Assembly (NCBI RefSeq): GCF_009834535.1
Contig: NC_045697.1
Coordinates: 24,988,001 to 25,052,000, forward strand
Source: Camelus ferus
Taxonomy: Eukaryota
Reading direction: 5' to 3'
DNA length: 64,000 nt
Under the pieces are notes generated by a model. It searched no databases. It saw only the letters and a list, made by a program, of their open reading frames with translations, and was not told the DNA's origin. Every line of letters starts with the position of its first letter. Within the stretch, counting starts at the first letter, position 1. The position numbers and the translations under genes are program-made. Below are positions 13,916 to 27,560 of the stretch, piece after piece.

Positions 13916-16184
13916 ATGAGGGGTGGGGTGGGGAATTGAGATTAAACTACTTCTAACAGTTTTTATCACTGATTAAATGATTTCCAGTCAATTATTAAGA
14001 GTTGAAGAGTTGGATTGTTGAGAGAAACTTTAGATTGCTTCAGTGAGAAAGTGGATGAGACATACTCTAGCCTTGCGGGATACCCGGAAAATAACCCCAT
14101 TTCAAACATATCATCACTTACCAGAGGATGAAAGGAAAAGGAAGGTGGCTTGGGGGCATAGGGGAAAAAAAAAGTCCACTGCCCTCTTTAAAAGGCAAAG
14201 AACTAAGCAAAAGCAGTATCTTTTACTTCCGCCCACAAACTATTCACAAATTCATTTTACTTTAAACACATAAGCAGACAAGGACCCTACACAAGGGCAG
14301 CAATCATTTATATTCCAGAGTCCAGCACTGGTACATAGTTAAACAATGAATACTTATTGTTGAGTACTAGTCAGTATGTTTGCTTTACATTTCCATGCTT
14401 GATAAAGAGTGATGGCAAAGATTTATTTAAGAGTTTAAAAAATCATTTAAAATTATACTAAAGCTACCAACGCCCCCCCCAATTCTAATAGTTTCTGAAA
14501 TGTGACACAATTTTATATAATAAAATAAAAAGCTTTGATAACAAAGGATATAATATAGCTGCCCAGACAGACATGTTAGACATTTAAAACTTTTTTAGTA
14601 GAGCTTTGGATTTGCAAAAAAATGTAAAAAAGATAGTTTAATCATATTATGCATTTCTCCCTGGGGTGCCTGAGCTCCTAAATGATTTTTTTAAATTTGC
14701 ATGCATTCAGGTTCACTCTTTGTGCTGTAAATGTCTACAGGTTTTGACAAATGCATACTGTCATTTATTCACAAATACAGTGTCACAGAGAGGAGTTTTA
14801 CTGCCCTGAAATTCCCATGCTTCACCTACTCAATTGTCCTCCCCTTCCACCAAATTTGAAGCAACCATTGATCTTTTTACTGTCATTATAGTTTTGCTTT
14901 TCCTAAAATGTTGTATAATTGAATTCATATAGTTTGTGGCATTTTCAGAATGCCTTCTTTTAGTTACTAACATACATTTAAAAGTTATTCATGTCTTTCA
15001 GTGACTTGCTAGTTTATTTCTTGTTATCATCAAATACTATTCCATTGTATGAAAGTAATGCAGTTTGTTTATCCATTCATCTATTGAAGGACATCTAGGT
15101 TGCTTTCAGTTTTTGACAATTATGAACAAAACTTCTGTGAGCGTGTGAGTGCAGATTTTTGTATGAGCATGTTTCCAAACCCACTAGGTAAATTCTTAGG
15201 AGTGTGATTCTTAGAGTGTATGACAATACAATATTTACCTTTGTAAAACACTGACAAACTGTCTTCCAAAATAGCCGTACAATTTGGCATTTCTACCAGC
15301 AATCAATGAGAGTTCTTGTTTCATTTGATATTATCCAATTTTTAGAGTTTTAACCATTCTAATAGGTCTGTAGCAGCACTGCATTGTTTTGAGATGCCCT
15401 AATAACAAATGAAGTGAGGCATCTTTTCCCGTTTAACTGCTATCTGTGCATCTTCTTTGCTGAAGTGTCTGCTCAGGTATTATGCTCAGTTTTTAACTGG
15501 GTTGTTTGTTTTCTTATATTGGAGTTTTAATAATTCTTTATATATTTTGAACACAAGTCCTTTATCCTTTATGTATTTAGCAAATTTGTTCTCCCAGTTA
15601 GTAGCTTATCTTTTGTAGAGCAAAAGTTTTAACTTTAATAGAGTCTAACTTACAATTTTTTTCTTTCTTGGATTGTGCTTTTGGTGTTGAAGCTAAAAAT
15701 CCATCACCAAAAGATAATATTACTTAGATTTTCTTCAGTGTTTTCTTCTACAAGTTTTGTGCTTTTGTGTTTTTTACTTAAGTCTAATCAGTTGTGAGCT
15801 AATTTTTGCAAAAGGTATATGGTCTTTGTCCAGGTTTAGTTTTTTGCTTATAGATGTTTAATTGGTCCAGCATCATTTACTGAAAAGAGTATTATTTGAA
15901 TTGCCAATGAATTGCTTTTGCTTTTTTGTCAAAGATCAGTTGGCTATATTTACACGGGTCTATTTCTGGGCTCTCAATTCTATTCCATTAATCTATCTAT
16001 TCAATTACTATTATGTCCATATTACTGTATTTTTATTGTAAGTTTTGAAACCAGGTAGCGTAAGTCCTACAACTTTGCTTTTTGTTTATAGTACTGGGTT
16101 ACTTATTCTAGGTCCTGTGCCTTTCCTTATGCACTTCTGAATAAGTTTGTTGATAACTTGGCTTGGGACTACATAACTCGGCAA

Positions 16185-16393
16185 CCATCTTCACATGACT
16201 TCTTTATTTCAGTCCTTTCCTTCTCTTCTAAGGACACTGTCATTTGACTTAGGGTCCATCCTAATCCATGATGATCTAATCTCTAGCTCTTTAAACTAAT
16301 TTCATTGTCAAAGACCCTTTTCCAAATTATGTCACATTCACAAACTTCAGGGGCCAATCCTTGTTGGGAGCCACCTACCACCCAGTCCATTAC
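16185..16393 (-). mobile_element. MLT1 LTR fragment
   Basis: taaggacactgtcatttgacttagggtccatcctaatccatgatgatct...caaagacccttttccaaattatgtcacattcaca. Confidence 0.8.
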
Positions 16394-16625
16394 AGGAACT
16401 ATTATTCCCTCTGCTTCAGTCTTTTGCAAAACATTGTGGAGAACTGGTTTCATTTTTTTCCTTAAATGTTTACTAGAATTCACTAGTGAAACCAACTAGA
16501 ACTAGTGCTCTGTTTTGAAAAATTATTAATTCAGTATCTTTAAAAAACGAAGGCCTATGAATTTTCTTATTCTTTGTGCACATTTTAGAATTTTGTGACT
16601 TTATCAAGAGATTGATTCATTTCAT

Positions 16626-17885
16626 AAAAGAACCTGAAGAGTCAAAGCAATCTTGAGAGAGAAGACAAAAACTAAAGGTATCATACTCCCTGAGCTCAAA
16701 CTGTACTATAAAGCTACAGTCATCAACAGTATGGTACTGGCACAAAACCAGACACACAGATCAATGGAATAGAGTAGAGAGCCCAGAAATAAACCCATGC
16801 TTATATGGTCAATTAATCTATGACAAAGGAGGCAAGAATATACAGTGAGGAAAAAGATAGTCTATTCAATAAATGGTGCTGGAAAAACTGGACAACTATA
16901 TACGAAAGAAAAAAACTAGACCATTTTCTTACACCATATACAAAATATATTCAAAATGTATTAAAGACATACATAAGGCTTGAAACCATAAAACTAGAAA
17001 AAAAATATATAGTAAACACTTTGAATCAAATTGACTACTTTCTTATACCACATACAAAAATAAGTTCAAAATGGATTAAAGACTTAAATGTAAAACCTAA
17101 AACCAAGCTAACAGGCACATAAAAAGACTCTCAACATTGCTAATCATCAGGGAAATGCAAGTCAAAACTACAATAAGGAATCACCTCACATCTGTCAGAA
17201 TGGGTATCATCAAAAAGACAATAAATAAAATATGTTGGCAGGGATGTGGAGAAAAGTGAACTCTCGTGCACTGTTGGAGGGAATGTAAATTGGTACAATC
17301 ACTATGTAAAGAGTATGGTGGTTCTTCAAAAAATGAAAACATTAATTCAAAAAAACATATGTGGCCCAATGTTCATAGCACCATTATTCATAATAGCCAA
17401 GCTATGGAAGCCACTTGTGTCCATCAACAGATAAATAGATAAATATATGAATAAATATTACTCAGTCATTAAAAAAAGAATCAAATCTTGCCATTTATGA
17501 CAAAATGCATGGACCTAAAGGGTAATATGCTAAATGAAATAAGTCAGACAGAGAAAGAAAGATTCCACTTATATGTGGAATTTAAAATTAATTAATTAAT
17601 TAATTAACAAATATAACAAAAAGAAACACACTCACTGATACATACAAACTAGTGGCTGCCAGAGGGGAGTGGGAGGGGGATGGATAAAAGTAATGAAGAA
17701 GATTAAGAGGTATAAACTATCAGTTATAAAATAAATGTCACAGGGATATAATGAACACCACAGGGAATATAATCAATAATACTGCAGTAACTTTGTATGG
17801 TGCATAATCTATAAAAATATTGAGTCATATGTTGTACACTTGAAATTACTATTGTATTGTAAGTCAACTATACTTCAATTAAAAA
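16626..17885 (+). mobile_element. 5'-truncated L1 with a 20-bp TSD
   Basis: ORF2 ([12 protein letters not shown]), 3'UTR, polyA; TSD aagagattgattcatttcat (16606-16625) / aagagattggttcatttcat (17886-17905). Confidence 0.95.
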
Positions 17886-19488
17886 AAGAGATTGGTTCAT
17901 TTCATCTATCAAAAATGTAGACCTAGACTTGTTCATAGTACTCCTTTATTGTCATTTAAAAAAACTTCTATATGATCAGTACTGATCTCTTTCATCTCTG
18001 ATTTAGTTTCATTTATTTCTCTGTTGATTTGCTTTTTCAATTTCATTGATTTCTGCTTTGATTTTTACTTCTTTTCTTCTAGTTGTTTTAAGTTTAGGTT
18101 GTTCTCCTCTCTCTAGTTTCCTAAGCTGATAGTTTAGATAAATGATTTTAGATATTTCTCATTTTTCTAATGTACACATTATTTTCCCCCTAAATACTGT
18201 CCTTGATGCATCACATTTTAGTAGGATGCATTATTAATTTTAGTTAGTTGATAAACTATTTCTCTTGGGGCTTATTTGTCCCCTTTTGGGAATTTTCCTG
18301 CTATCTTTCTGTTGTTAACTTCTCATTTAATTCCACTGAAATTTGAAAATATACTTTGTAATATTTCAATTAAAAATTGTCAAAATGTGTTTCATGGCCT
18401 TCAATGTGGTCTATTTTTGTGAATATTTTATACAAGCTTGAGAGGAATATATATATTGCTGTCATTAATAGAACATTCAACAAATCTGGATTAGATCAAG
18501 TTGACTATTAGTGCTATTCAGGTCAACTCTGTCCTTATTTACCTTCTGTTTGATGTATCAATTAAGACAGAGTGTCGTAGTCTCCAACTGTAATATTGGA
18601 CTTATACTGGATAGAGAACTTCAGGCTGGTGGCTTTACTGTTCAACATTTAAAATATTTAATTCCACCATAATCCGTATCCTTTGTTCTATAGGTAAGGT
18701 GTTTCTTTCTCTGATTTCTTTCAAGATTGTCTCTTTGTCTTTAGTCTTCTAGAGTATGAAAAAGATATGTTTAGATCCACTTTTTTTTTCTTTTTTTATA
18801 TTTATTTTACTTGGAGTTCTCTCAGCTTCCTTAATCTATAGTCTTGTCATTCATTTTAGAAAATTATCAGCCATTATCACTTCAATTGTTTATTTTCCTA
18901 CTTCCAGGATCTTTATATGCCAGAGGAAAAACTGGTGGTCTAGACACATGGGACTCTTGTAAATCACAGTAAGCTCATGTTTAACTCCTAAACGATTTGT
19001 CTTTTCTTCATTACACTGTATCAATAGATGTTAATTCTTTAGATTGAACCTTAAGCTTCCTTAGCTACTAAGATAATGGTAGTATTTAAAAGTTCTGTTC
19101 AGTGCATCAAGCACTAATTTTATTTTATGTTGAAATAAAACAGGACTATCTAACCCTAACTCAATCACAAATTTAAATTCAGTATTTCTTAAAAAAGAAG
19201 AAAAGGGAAATGTGTTTTGTTTGAAGGCCTTATGTTAGTGTATAAATATTCATTATGTTTATTTCAAATAAATTGATGAAATTGTTACAAGAAATTTTTA
19301 GAAAGTTTTTTTTATGTTTGACTGCATAACATTGATGTCATATTTCTTCTTATATAATCAACAGCTGCAGAATAGATTAAATTCAGTGAGTTACACTTAC
19401 TTCATAATACTTTCATTGAAGGTAAATCAGAAAAACAGTCTGCAAAAACAATTTAAATAGACAATCTTGTTTCCTCTTTGTTTTTCAG

Positions 19489-20140
19489 CTGATGGCTGTA
19501 TCATTAGCATATCAAACCAAATTAAAATTGGAACTGGTTTATATACTCATTTTTCTTTATGCTTTTGATTTGAGGAGCTCTGTTACTAATTTTCTGATTA
19601 GTGACTCTAACTGAAAGAATCAACGAGTGCCATTAGAAGTGCTGTTGTATGATTTGTTCATTATTCATAGATGGCCAGGTCCATTTTTTCCCTTCTCCCT
19701 CTCCTCTAAGGGAAAGGAAAACAACCATTCTCTCTTTTTGAATTTATTTTTTCCAACACTTATGCAGATGTGGATATTCAAGGCAAATGTATGCTCAGAC
19801 AATCAAAGAAATTTTATCTATTGTCAAGCTACTTTTGCTTCTGGATAATATACAAAATAGACATGAGACTGTTGCTCTTCAGATACAAAATATTTGCATT
19901 TAAAATGACCATATGTCAAGTGAATATATTACAGGAGAAATAATCAAGAACTGAATTAAAATAATTACTTAAAAAGGAAAATCAAGATGCTTCCAGTTTT
20001 GAAATTTCTTTTGCTTAGACATCTGCTGTCTATTGTACCACGCCCAAATGCACAGAACTGGTATAATAATGTCATTATTCTTAATGCAGCATCCCTTCAC
20101 CTGGATACCTGTTTTCCAAAGATTACAGAGATCTAAAACT
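19489..20140 (+). pseudogene. Relic LamG end plus two EGF modules (two exons)
   Basis: Strong acceptor ttcctctttgtttttcag|19489 then DGCIISI; INECH*KCC...IDGQVHFF from 19619 (calcium-binding EGF 'INEC'); acceptor tttcttttgcttag|20019 then VYCTTPKCTE...TCFPKITEI. Confidence 0.55.
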
Positions 20141-20540
20141 GAATTTAGTTCACTTAAGTGCACATTTTCTATCAGTTGATTTAAAAAGATACTGATTTGT
20201 ATTCGTCCATTATCATGAAAAGTACAAAGGTTTAAAATTTTTTTAAAAATCAGAATTTTTACAGAATTCATTCTTACAGTGTTTGGAAAGATACAAGAAA
20301 TCTCTGTATATCCCACTCAATTTTTCTGTGAGCCTAAACCTTCTTTGAACAATAAAAAGTCAATTTAAAAATTAATTATCTGATTCCTAACATAGTTAGT
20401 TACTTAATACTTATGCCAGAGTAATATTTGGAAAACACTAATATATATTTTAAGTGCCATATGTAAACTGTAATTGTATGTAAACTGCACTGGTAAACTA
20501 GTACAAATCCTCAAAGATAAAAAGTTCAAACTTACAAACC

Positions 20541-21389
20541 TTTTTTTTTTAAGTGAAGTATAGTCAGTTTACAATGTGTTAATTTCTGGTGTATAGCATT
20601 GCGATTCAGTTATACATATATATTCCTTTTCATATTCTAGTTTTTTTTCTAGCTATTATAAGGTATTGAATATAGTTCCCTGTGCTATAAAGTAGGGCCC
20701 TGTCATTTATCTATTTTATATATGTTAGTATCAGTATCTGCAAATCCTGAACTCCCAGTTTATCTCTCCACCCCTCCCCCATTTTAAGTCTGGTAACCAT
20801 AAGTTTGTTTTCTGTCTGTGAGCCTCTTTCTGTTTTGTAAATAAGTTCATGTGTGTCCTTTTTTTTAGATTCCACATATAAGTGATAACACATGGTATTT
20901 TTCTTTCTCTCTCTGGCTTACCTCACTTAGAATGATATTCTCCAGGTCCATCCATGTTGCTGCAAATGGTATTGTTTTATTCACTTTTATGGCTGAGTAG
21001 TATTCCATTGTATAAATATATCACAACTTTTTTATCCCATCATCTGATGATGAATGATTAGGTTGCTTCCTTGTCTTGGATAATTTAAATAATACTGTTA
21101 TGAACATTGGGGTGTACATATTTTTTCGAATTATAGTTTCCTCCAGATATATGCCTAGGAGTGGGGTTGCTGCATCCTATGGTAAGTCTATTTTTAGTTT
21201 TTTAAGGAATCTCCATACTATTTTCCATGATGGCTGCACGAAACTACCTTTCCACCATCAATGTAGGAGGGTTCCCTTTTCTTCATATCCTCTCCAGTAT
21301 TTATCATTTGTGGATTTTTTAATGATGGCCATTCTGACGGGTGTGCAGTGATACCTCATTGTAGTTTTGATTTGCAGTTCTCTGATAAC
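20541..21389 (-). mobile_element. 5'-truncated young L1 with TSD
   Basis: Same 3'UTR family as 4030-4662; polyT; TSD tcaaacttacaaacc (20526) / tcaaacttataaact (21390). Confidence 0.94.
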
Positions 21390-21579
21390 TCAAACTTATA
21401 AACTTATACTTTATCATAAATTTGGAAATATAAAAGGCTTATTTCAGATATAATTTTGTGTTTTAATTTTATTCAAACAACTTTAAAATATAATTTTAAC
21501 TTCTGTAAAGTGTTATTTTAATTTATAAAAAATTATATTGTGTTTAGCGTTTTAGGGTCTACAATTTTTTTTTTGTTCA

Positions 21580-22070
21580 TGCATGAAACCTCATGAGATT
21601 TTTAAACGCAAACAAGCTGAAAAGGTACACTTCATTCAATACTGCTTTATAGAATTGTATATTACCTTTGGTAATTACCATTCTCTTAGATTAAATAAAT
21701 TCGAGTGTGCATAAGGGCTTTTATCACCACAAACTTGATAAGAAACAAACAATCTTTCACAGTCTTGGAGTTCAAAATATACATCTTATCTGCACAAGAC
21801 AAAATATTAAATTCCAGTGAATTCTGGTTATAAACATGCACTTTCTAAAACTTTGTTGAGTTGAAATACATAAGTTAATTATTATAAACATGAAAAAAAG
21901 AATATAGGTTTCCCTCTAAATCTGTTACCCAAGTTCCAAAGATACTTATCATAACATGATTTTAGTTTAGCTCTAGCTAAATGTGCAATATCCTTGCACG
22001 TTGCCAATATGTAGGTAAATATGGGGTTGTGTTCAGTGTACACTCTGAATTTCAAAATATCTTCCTCAAA
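21580..22070 (+). pseudogene. Relic near-complete LamG domain
   Basis: In order: EIFK, ILLY, GNYHSLRLN, SLGVQNIHL (21761; EYS 'SLGVHTVHL'), IGFPLNLLP, C..SLHV, VNMGLC (22015; 'NVG.C'). Confidence 0.62.
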
Positions 22071-23057
22071 TTCACATGCAGACCTTGTGGTCCTCCTCAA
22101 AGTTCTACAATACTATTTCTGGAATTCAAAAATGCATTGTAGGATGAGCCAATAGTTAGATTAAAAATGTAAGGATTTGCAAAGCAGTGATACCAAATAT
22201 TTAATTTGAAAGAATCTTGATAGTTGATATTTCAAAAATAGCATTGATGTCTTCATAAAATATCAGAACTATAATGCTTCATAACACATTGTTTTGTGTT
22301 AATGTTATTTTTATTTTGGAAAAAAAAATGGAGATTAAGGCATTTACTTTAGTATGTAGGGTCTTTGCAGATGGTCTCACTCTAGTATGGTTTAAAGAAG
22401 GTTTCCTGTATTACCATGAGCAAGAAACAAAAAGAATTTAACACAAACAGTCCCCAAAACCTACTTCTGACCTACGTTTAGAGTTTCTTTCAGCATTCTT
22501 CCAGCAGTTCTACCTAGTATGATAGTATGACTTAGTAGGGTTAGATCTGAAAATGATGAAAGTTTCTCTCATGTGACTTTTAAGTTTTTCCTCTCAACAA
22601 AATAAATACCAAGTAATCTCATAATAAACAGATTATAGCAATGGACAAAAGTTATCCTATACAACTTGGTATCTTCATCAAGTTTCACTGTTGAGTTCTT
22701 CCAAACCTTTAAGTAGCAGATAGTCTATCATTAGAATATGGTCAAAGGCAGAAGAAAAGATGGAAAGCTGTGAATTTTTTAAAATCAAGTTAATCTACAC
22801 TATGTTGACTGTTTCTTCCAATACAAAGAAAAACAATCTCATTTACAAATTCACATATATATTAATAATAGAGTAGCAAAAAGAAGTCAGCAGTATACTC
22901 AAAGAATAATTCATTTACGGTAAGGTTTATCTTAAGAATGTCACAATGATTTAACACTAGGAATTCTACTAATATAATGCATTACATTAATCAATGGATA
23001 AGTAATTTTTTATAACTTCAGGAAAATTCTTAAAATTGATTAAATAATATCCAGCAA

Positions 23058-23635
23058 TTTCTTTTCTTTTCTTTTTTTTCTTTTCTTATTGAGGTATAAT
23101 TAATGTTCAATATTATATAAGTTACAGGTGTACAATATGATTCACAATTTTTAAAAGTTATACTCTATAGTTATTATAAAATGTTGGCTCTATTCCCTGT
23201 ATTGTACAATACATCTTTGTAGCTTATTTTATACATAAAACTTTGTACCTCTTAATCTATCACCCTTATATCCCTCTCCCTTTCCCTCTCCCCACTGGTA
23301 ACCACTAGTTTGTTCTCTGTATCTTCTTTTTTTTTAGTCATATTCACTAGTTTATTATATCTTTTTAGATTCCACATATGAATGACACCATACAGTAATT
23401 GTCTTTTTCTGACTTATTTCACTTAGCATAATGTCTTCCAAGTTCATCCATGTTCCTGCAAATGGCAAAATTTTGTTCTTTCTATGGCTGAGTAGTATTC
23501 CATTGTATATATACCACATCTTTATCCATTCATCTGTTGATGAACACTTAGTTTGCTTGATATCTTGGCAATTGTAAATAATGCTGCTATGAACATAGGG
23601 GTGTATGTATCTTTTCAAATGACCATTTTCTTTCT

Positions 23636-23666
<31 letters not shown>

Positions 23667-23952
23667 GGAGGGGGGGTTATATACTCAGGAGTGGAATTAC
23701 TGGGTCAGATGGTAGCTCTATTTTTAGTTTTTTGAGAAATGTCCATACTGTTTTCCACAGTGGCTATACCAATTTACATACCCAGTAACAGTGTATGAGG
23801 GTTTCCTTTTCTCCACACCCTCGCCAATATTCGTTATTTGTTTTTTTGATGTTGAGTTATATGAGCTGTTTATATATGTTGGATATTAACCCTTTATCAG
23901 TCATGTCACTTGCAAATATTTTCTCCCTTTTAGTAGGTTGTCTTTTCATTTT
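23058..23952 (-). mobile_element. 5'-truncated L1 3' end
   Basis: T-rich tail; ggtaaccactagtttgttctctgtat; aatgctgctatgaacataggggtg. Confidence 0.92.
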
Positions 23953-25196
23953 TAAGTCAATGATTTTTATGATAACTCTTATAAAGCTCTCTTTTTGCTC
24001 AGCACTACAGAGAGTTATTTTTTATTTTTGTATAGTCTACCATGTTTTGCATTGCACAGCCCCACTCACTGGACTGGGATTTGATACCTGATCCAAATAT
24101 AGCCATCAACAGACAGACAGTGACATATGATGTGATCTAGTATGGGATTCAAGCCTAGAACAGATTTCTATTCTAGATGGTAATGCATAAATCAAATCAA
24201 ACTGTCTGTTTTTAAGATTACAAATGTAAGAAATATAAGTGAAAAAGGAAATAATTTTGTAAAAAGATGAAAGGCACACAGAATGCAACATGCAGAAGCT
24301 ATGTCCCTGTTGAAAATATGACTGTTGATAAGGCACACTGCAGAGGAGATTTCAGCAGTGGGAATGGCAAAAACAGAAAGAATAAATGAAGTAAGTTAAG
24401 CCCTGGGTTTGACAGGATCATTGGACTAAGGAAAAACACAATTAAAATTAATCTTAAGATTCCAGGACTGCTGTCAGTCTCTTAAACCTTACCTTAAATT
24501 ATGAAACACATTGTAATTTTTTAGCATTTGTGTTAAAAGCTGCCAAAACTATTTACTATAATCCATTCTTTTACTGATTCTAAAAAAATTAACCAAGTGA
24601 CTTATTCTTTGCCAGGCACAATCGCAGGCATTGGGGATGGGGTGTTAAACACACATTTCAGGAAGCCTGCATGCCAGTGGGGGAGACAGAAAGTAAAGAA
24701 GTGAATGTATAGACAAGTAGCATAACATAGCACATGATAAATGCCACGAAGAAAATATGGCAGATGTAGTAAGGCAAAATTGTGAGCTTAAAAAAAAAAA
24801 TCCCTACTCATCTCCTTCACAGTATAAGACCTTTACCCTAGTCATTGTCAGAAATATCTCTACTTGGCGTTAAAAATACAGTTTACTATGGAAGGATTAT
24901 AAAGGGAAATAAAGAGGTAATATTCAGTTTCCAACACATTAAATAGAATTTTTTAGGGAACCTATAACCTCACCTAGATAAATCTTGAAGGAAGATATTT
25001 GAAATTGCTTTATCAGTTCTTTCCTCACCTACAAACTTCTGTTAAAGTGCCAGGAGCTGAAGCCTGGAAATGATCTCCTAGGATCCTCTTGTTGCCTAGA
25101 CACCAAACCTTCTCCTGGGGATGAGGAAACCATGATTTCTGCCCCTTATGAGCAAAATAAGCGTTAGATGGATGACAATTAAATAATAATAATGGT

Positions 25197-25219
25197 AACA
25201 ACAACAACAACAACAACAA
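25197..25219 (+). repeat. (AAC)n microsatellite
   Basis: Read directly from the sequence. Confidence 0.9.
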
Positions 25220-25635
25220 AGGAAACCTCTAGAGAGCCTGAGAGTGGAGGAAATCAGAGAAAGGGAGAGAGAGGAAGGATTGTAAATTGGACCCTTCTGG
25301 CCCACTTTTATTCTCCTCTTTGGGCTTCAGCTCAGGAGATTGAAGAATGAAGAGTTAAATTTAAACCTCTCATACACCCACCTGCCAATTAAAATTCAGG
25401 AAAGACAGTTGCTCTCTGGCTTCCGCAGTGCATGCCCTTAGTGTAGATACGAATCAACCCAAGGACACAATGGGGTCAGATAAAGTTGACCCCAAGTTTG
25501 TCCCACTCTCCAGTGGGTGGGCATAGAGTTGAGAGCCAGTGAATGTATCATGGGTCTCACTGCAGCAAGATGAGGCAGGTGTACCACCGTGAGAGGCAGG
25601 GTATGGAAAAGACTGGGACTTCTCAGCCATAGGAG

Positions 25636-25677
25636 CCAGGGTGAAGCTGGGACAGTCCAGGGTGAAGCTGGGACAGT
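25636..25677 (+). repeat. Perfect 21-bp tandem duplication
   Basis: ccagggtgaagctgggacagt twice. Confidence 0.95.
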
Positions 25678-26869
25678 CAGGAAGATTAATGGGCTAACCA
25701 AATTGAGGGACAGTTTCAGACCTCAGCCACAGATGCCTATCCAGCAAGTGGTGAAAGGATAGACAGAAAGATTGGGAGAAGCAGAGAAAATCCAGCCAAT
25801 GGACCTGCTCTTCCCATGTGCAGGTCTATGTGAGGCAGTGGCCTTCCCCATGATACAGGGGCACCAGCTCAGATAAAGGAGCTAAGGAAAGCAAATCCCA
25901 TTTAGAAAAATGAACCTTGGTGTCTTAGAGACTCTCAGTGCTAATAAAAAGACAACTCAAATGTATTGGCTCAAGGATTATTTTAATTCTTGAAATGAAC
26001 ACAGTATTTCTTTCATTTAGGAAAAGTATAAATGTCTTATGACTAATAATAATGTGGCTTATTAGAGAGTAATTTTAAAGATTTTTTTATGGTGAATACT
26101 TCAATTTAGCAGTTTTCTTCTGCATGCTTTTCTAGGTTTTTTTTCTCCTAAGAGGATCAAATGCAAAATAAGAACTTAAGGCTTACTCTCTTTTCTATTA
26201 TCCAATTTAAATTTATTTTAAGACGATTATTATTTTACACTTCTTTGTTTATGACCATATTTATTCATAGTTATTTATTCAAGAAATATTTATTAACATC
26301 ATTTTTGCACAGCACCATGCTAGACTGAATGTAGGCAGTCATGAATAAACCATGGTGCCTCCTCTCACAAAGCTTATATTCTTTATATGGGTTAGATTGT
26401 GCAAATAATTGATTGTGCAATTAATTATTAAAATACAGCAGTAATAAGAACAATAGTTAACATTTATTAAATGCTGGCAAGACTTCTTATGCACTCAGCT
26501 AAGCACTTATATACATTATATTTTTAATTGTTATTAAAGCTGATTAAGAAGCCAAGCCAGCCCTGCAGGAAGTTCCATGAAGAAATGAAAGATTCCATAA
26601 AACACTGCTGAACTAAACTGATAAAATACAATGTGCCTCGTTTTCTCTGACAGTCACACCTCAGGAACGCTGAGAATCACAAGTAGTGCTGAGGCATTTG
26701 TGCAGGAAAATGACCAAAAACTTCTTTTTACCCAGACTTATCTCTTTTGAAGACCTTTGTAGGGGGGATATGTAGACACATTACCTTAAAGTTTCAGGTC
26801 AGCAACTTTTCAAGATGAGATAGTGAAGTAATCTGTAAGAATTTATCATTGGACTTTTCCTTTTATAAA

Positions 26870-27560
26870 AGTCAGAATTTTTTGAAGTGTAATTTACACA
26901 CATTAAAATGTACCACATTTAGCTGCACAGTTTTCAGATAACTATTTGTATATATATTCAATACACACACACACACGTTTGATGTAGAGACACACACAAA
27001 CACACACATGAAAGCTCCCTTGCTCATCTTTGCTGTCAGTCCGCTTCCCTCCACCTCTATTCCCCTGACCAACTAAGCGCTTCCTGTGCTTTCAGTTGTG
27101 CCTTTTCCACAAGAGCATTTAAACGGGACTATGCAGGGTACCGCCCTTTCGGTCTGACTTATTTCACATGGCATTTTGTTTCTGAGACACCTCCGTGTTG
27201 TTGCATGTAATCATTGTTTTTTCTCATTCTCTCGTACAGATGTATTATAATTTGTTTACCCATTCACCAGTTGACGGACATTTGAGTTTTATCCTATATT
27301 TAATGGTGATGAATAAAGCCATTATAAACACCCACGTGAGTCTTTGCAATGTACGTATATGTTTTTATTTCTCTTGGGTAAATAACTTGAATTGGAATTA
27401 TTAAATGATAAGGTAAGTGAATATTTAATTTTATAATTGGCTATATCATTTTGAATTCCTATTAGCAATATATGAAATTTACAGTTGTTTTAATGCTCAT
27501 CAATTGGTAGTGTAATTTTTTTAAAGAAATTCTAACAGGTGTGTGTTATTCATTTTGATG
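26870..27560 (-). mobile_element. Old L1 (L1ME-like) 3' region
   Basis: ttgaagtgtaatttacacac; tttgtttacccattcaccagttgacggacatttg; atttctcttgggtaaata. Confidence 0.78.

Larger units (their letters stand above)
14585..18900 (-). mobile_element. Old L1 (L1MC/MD-like), interrupted by an MLT1 and a younger L1
   Basis: Antisense 3'UTR and ORF2 text (tttatccattcatctattgaaggacatctaggttg; gtcaaagatcagttggctatat) that resumes after each insertion. Confidence 0.85.

Noticed and set aside
16820..17434. ORFs with L1 ORF2 similarity (also 42016-42216 and 53076-53270)
   Set aside because: Fragments of truncated dead L1 copies, not host genes.
19969..20316. 115-aa minus-strand ORF, and 21882-22100
   Set aside because: No recognisable motifs; antisense to relic exons and partly within an L1 3' end.
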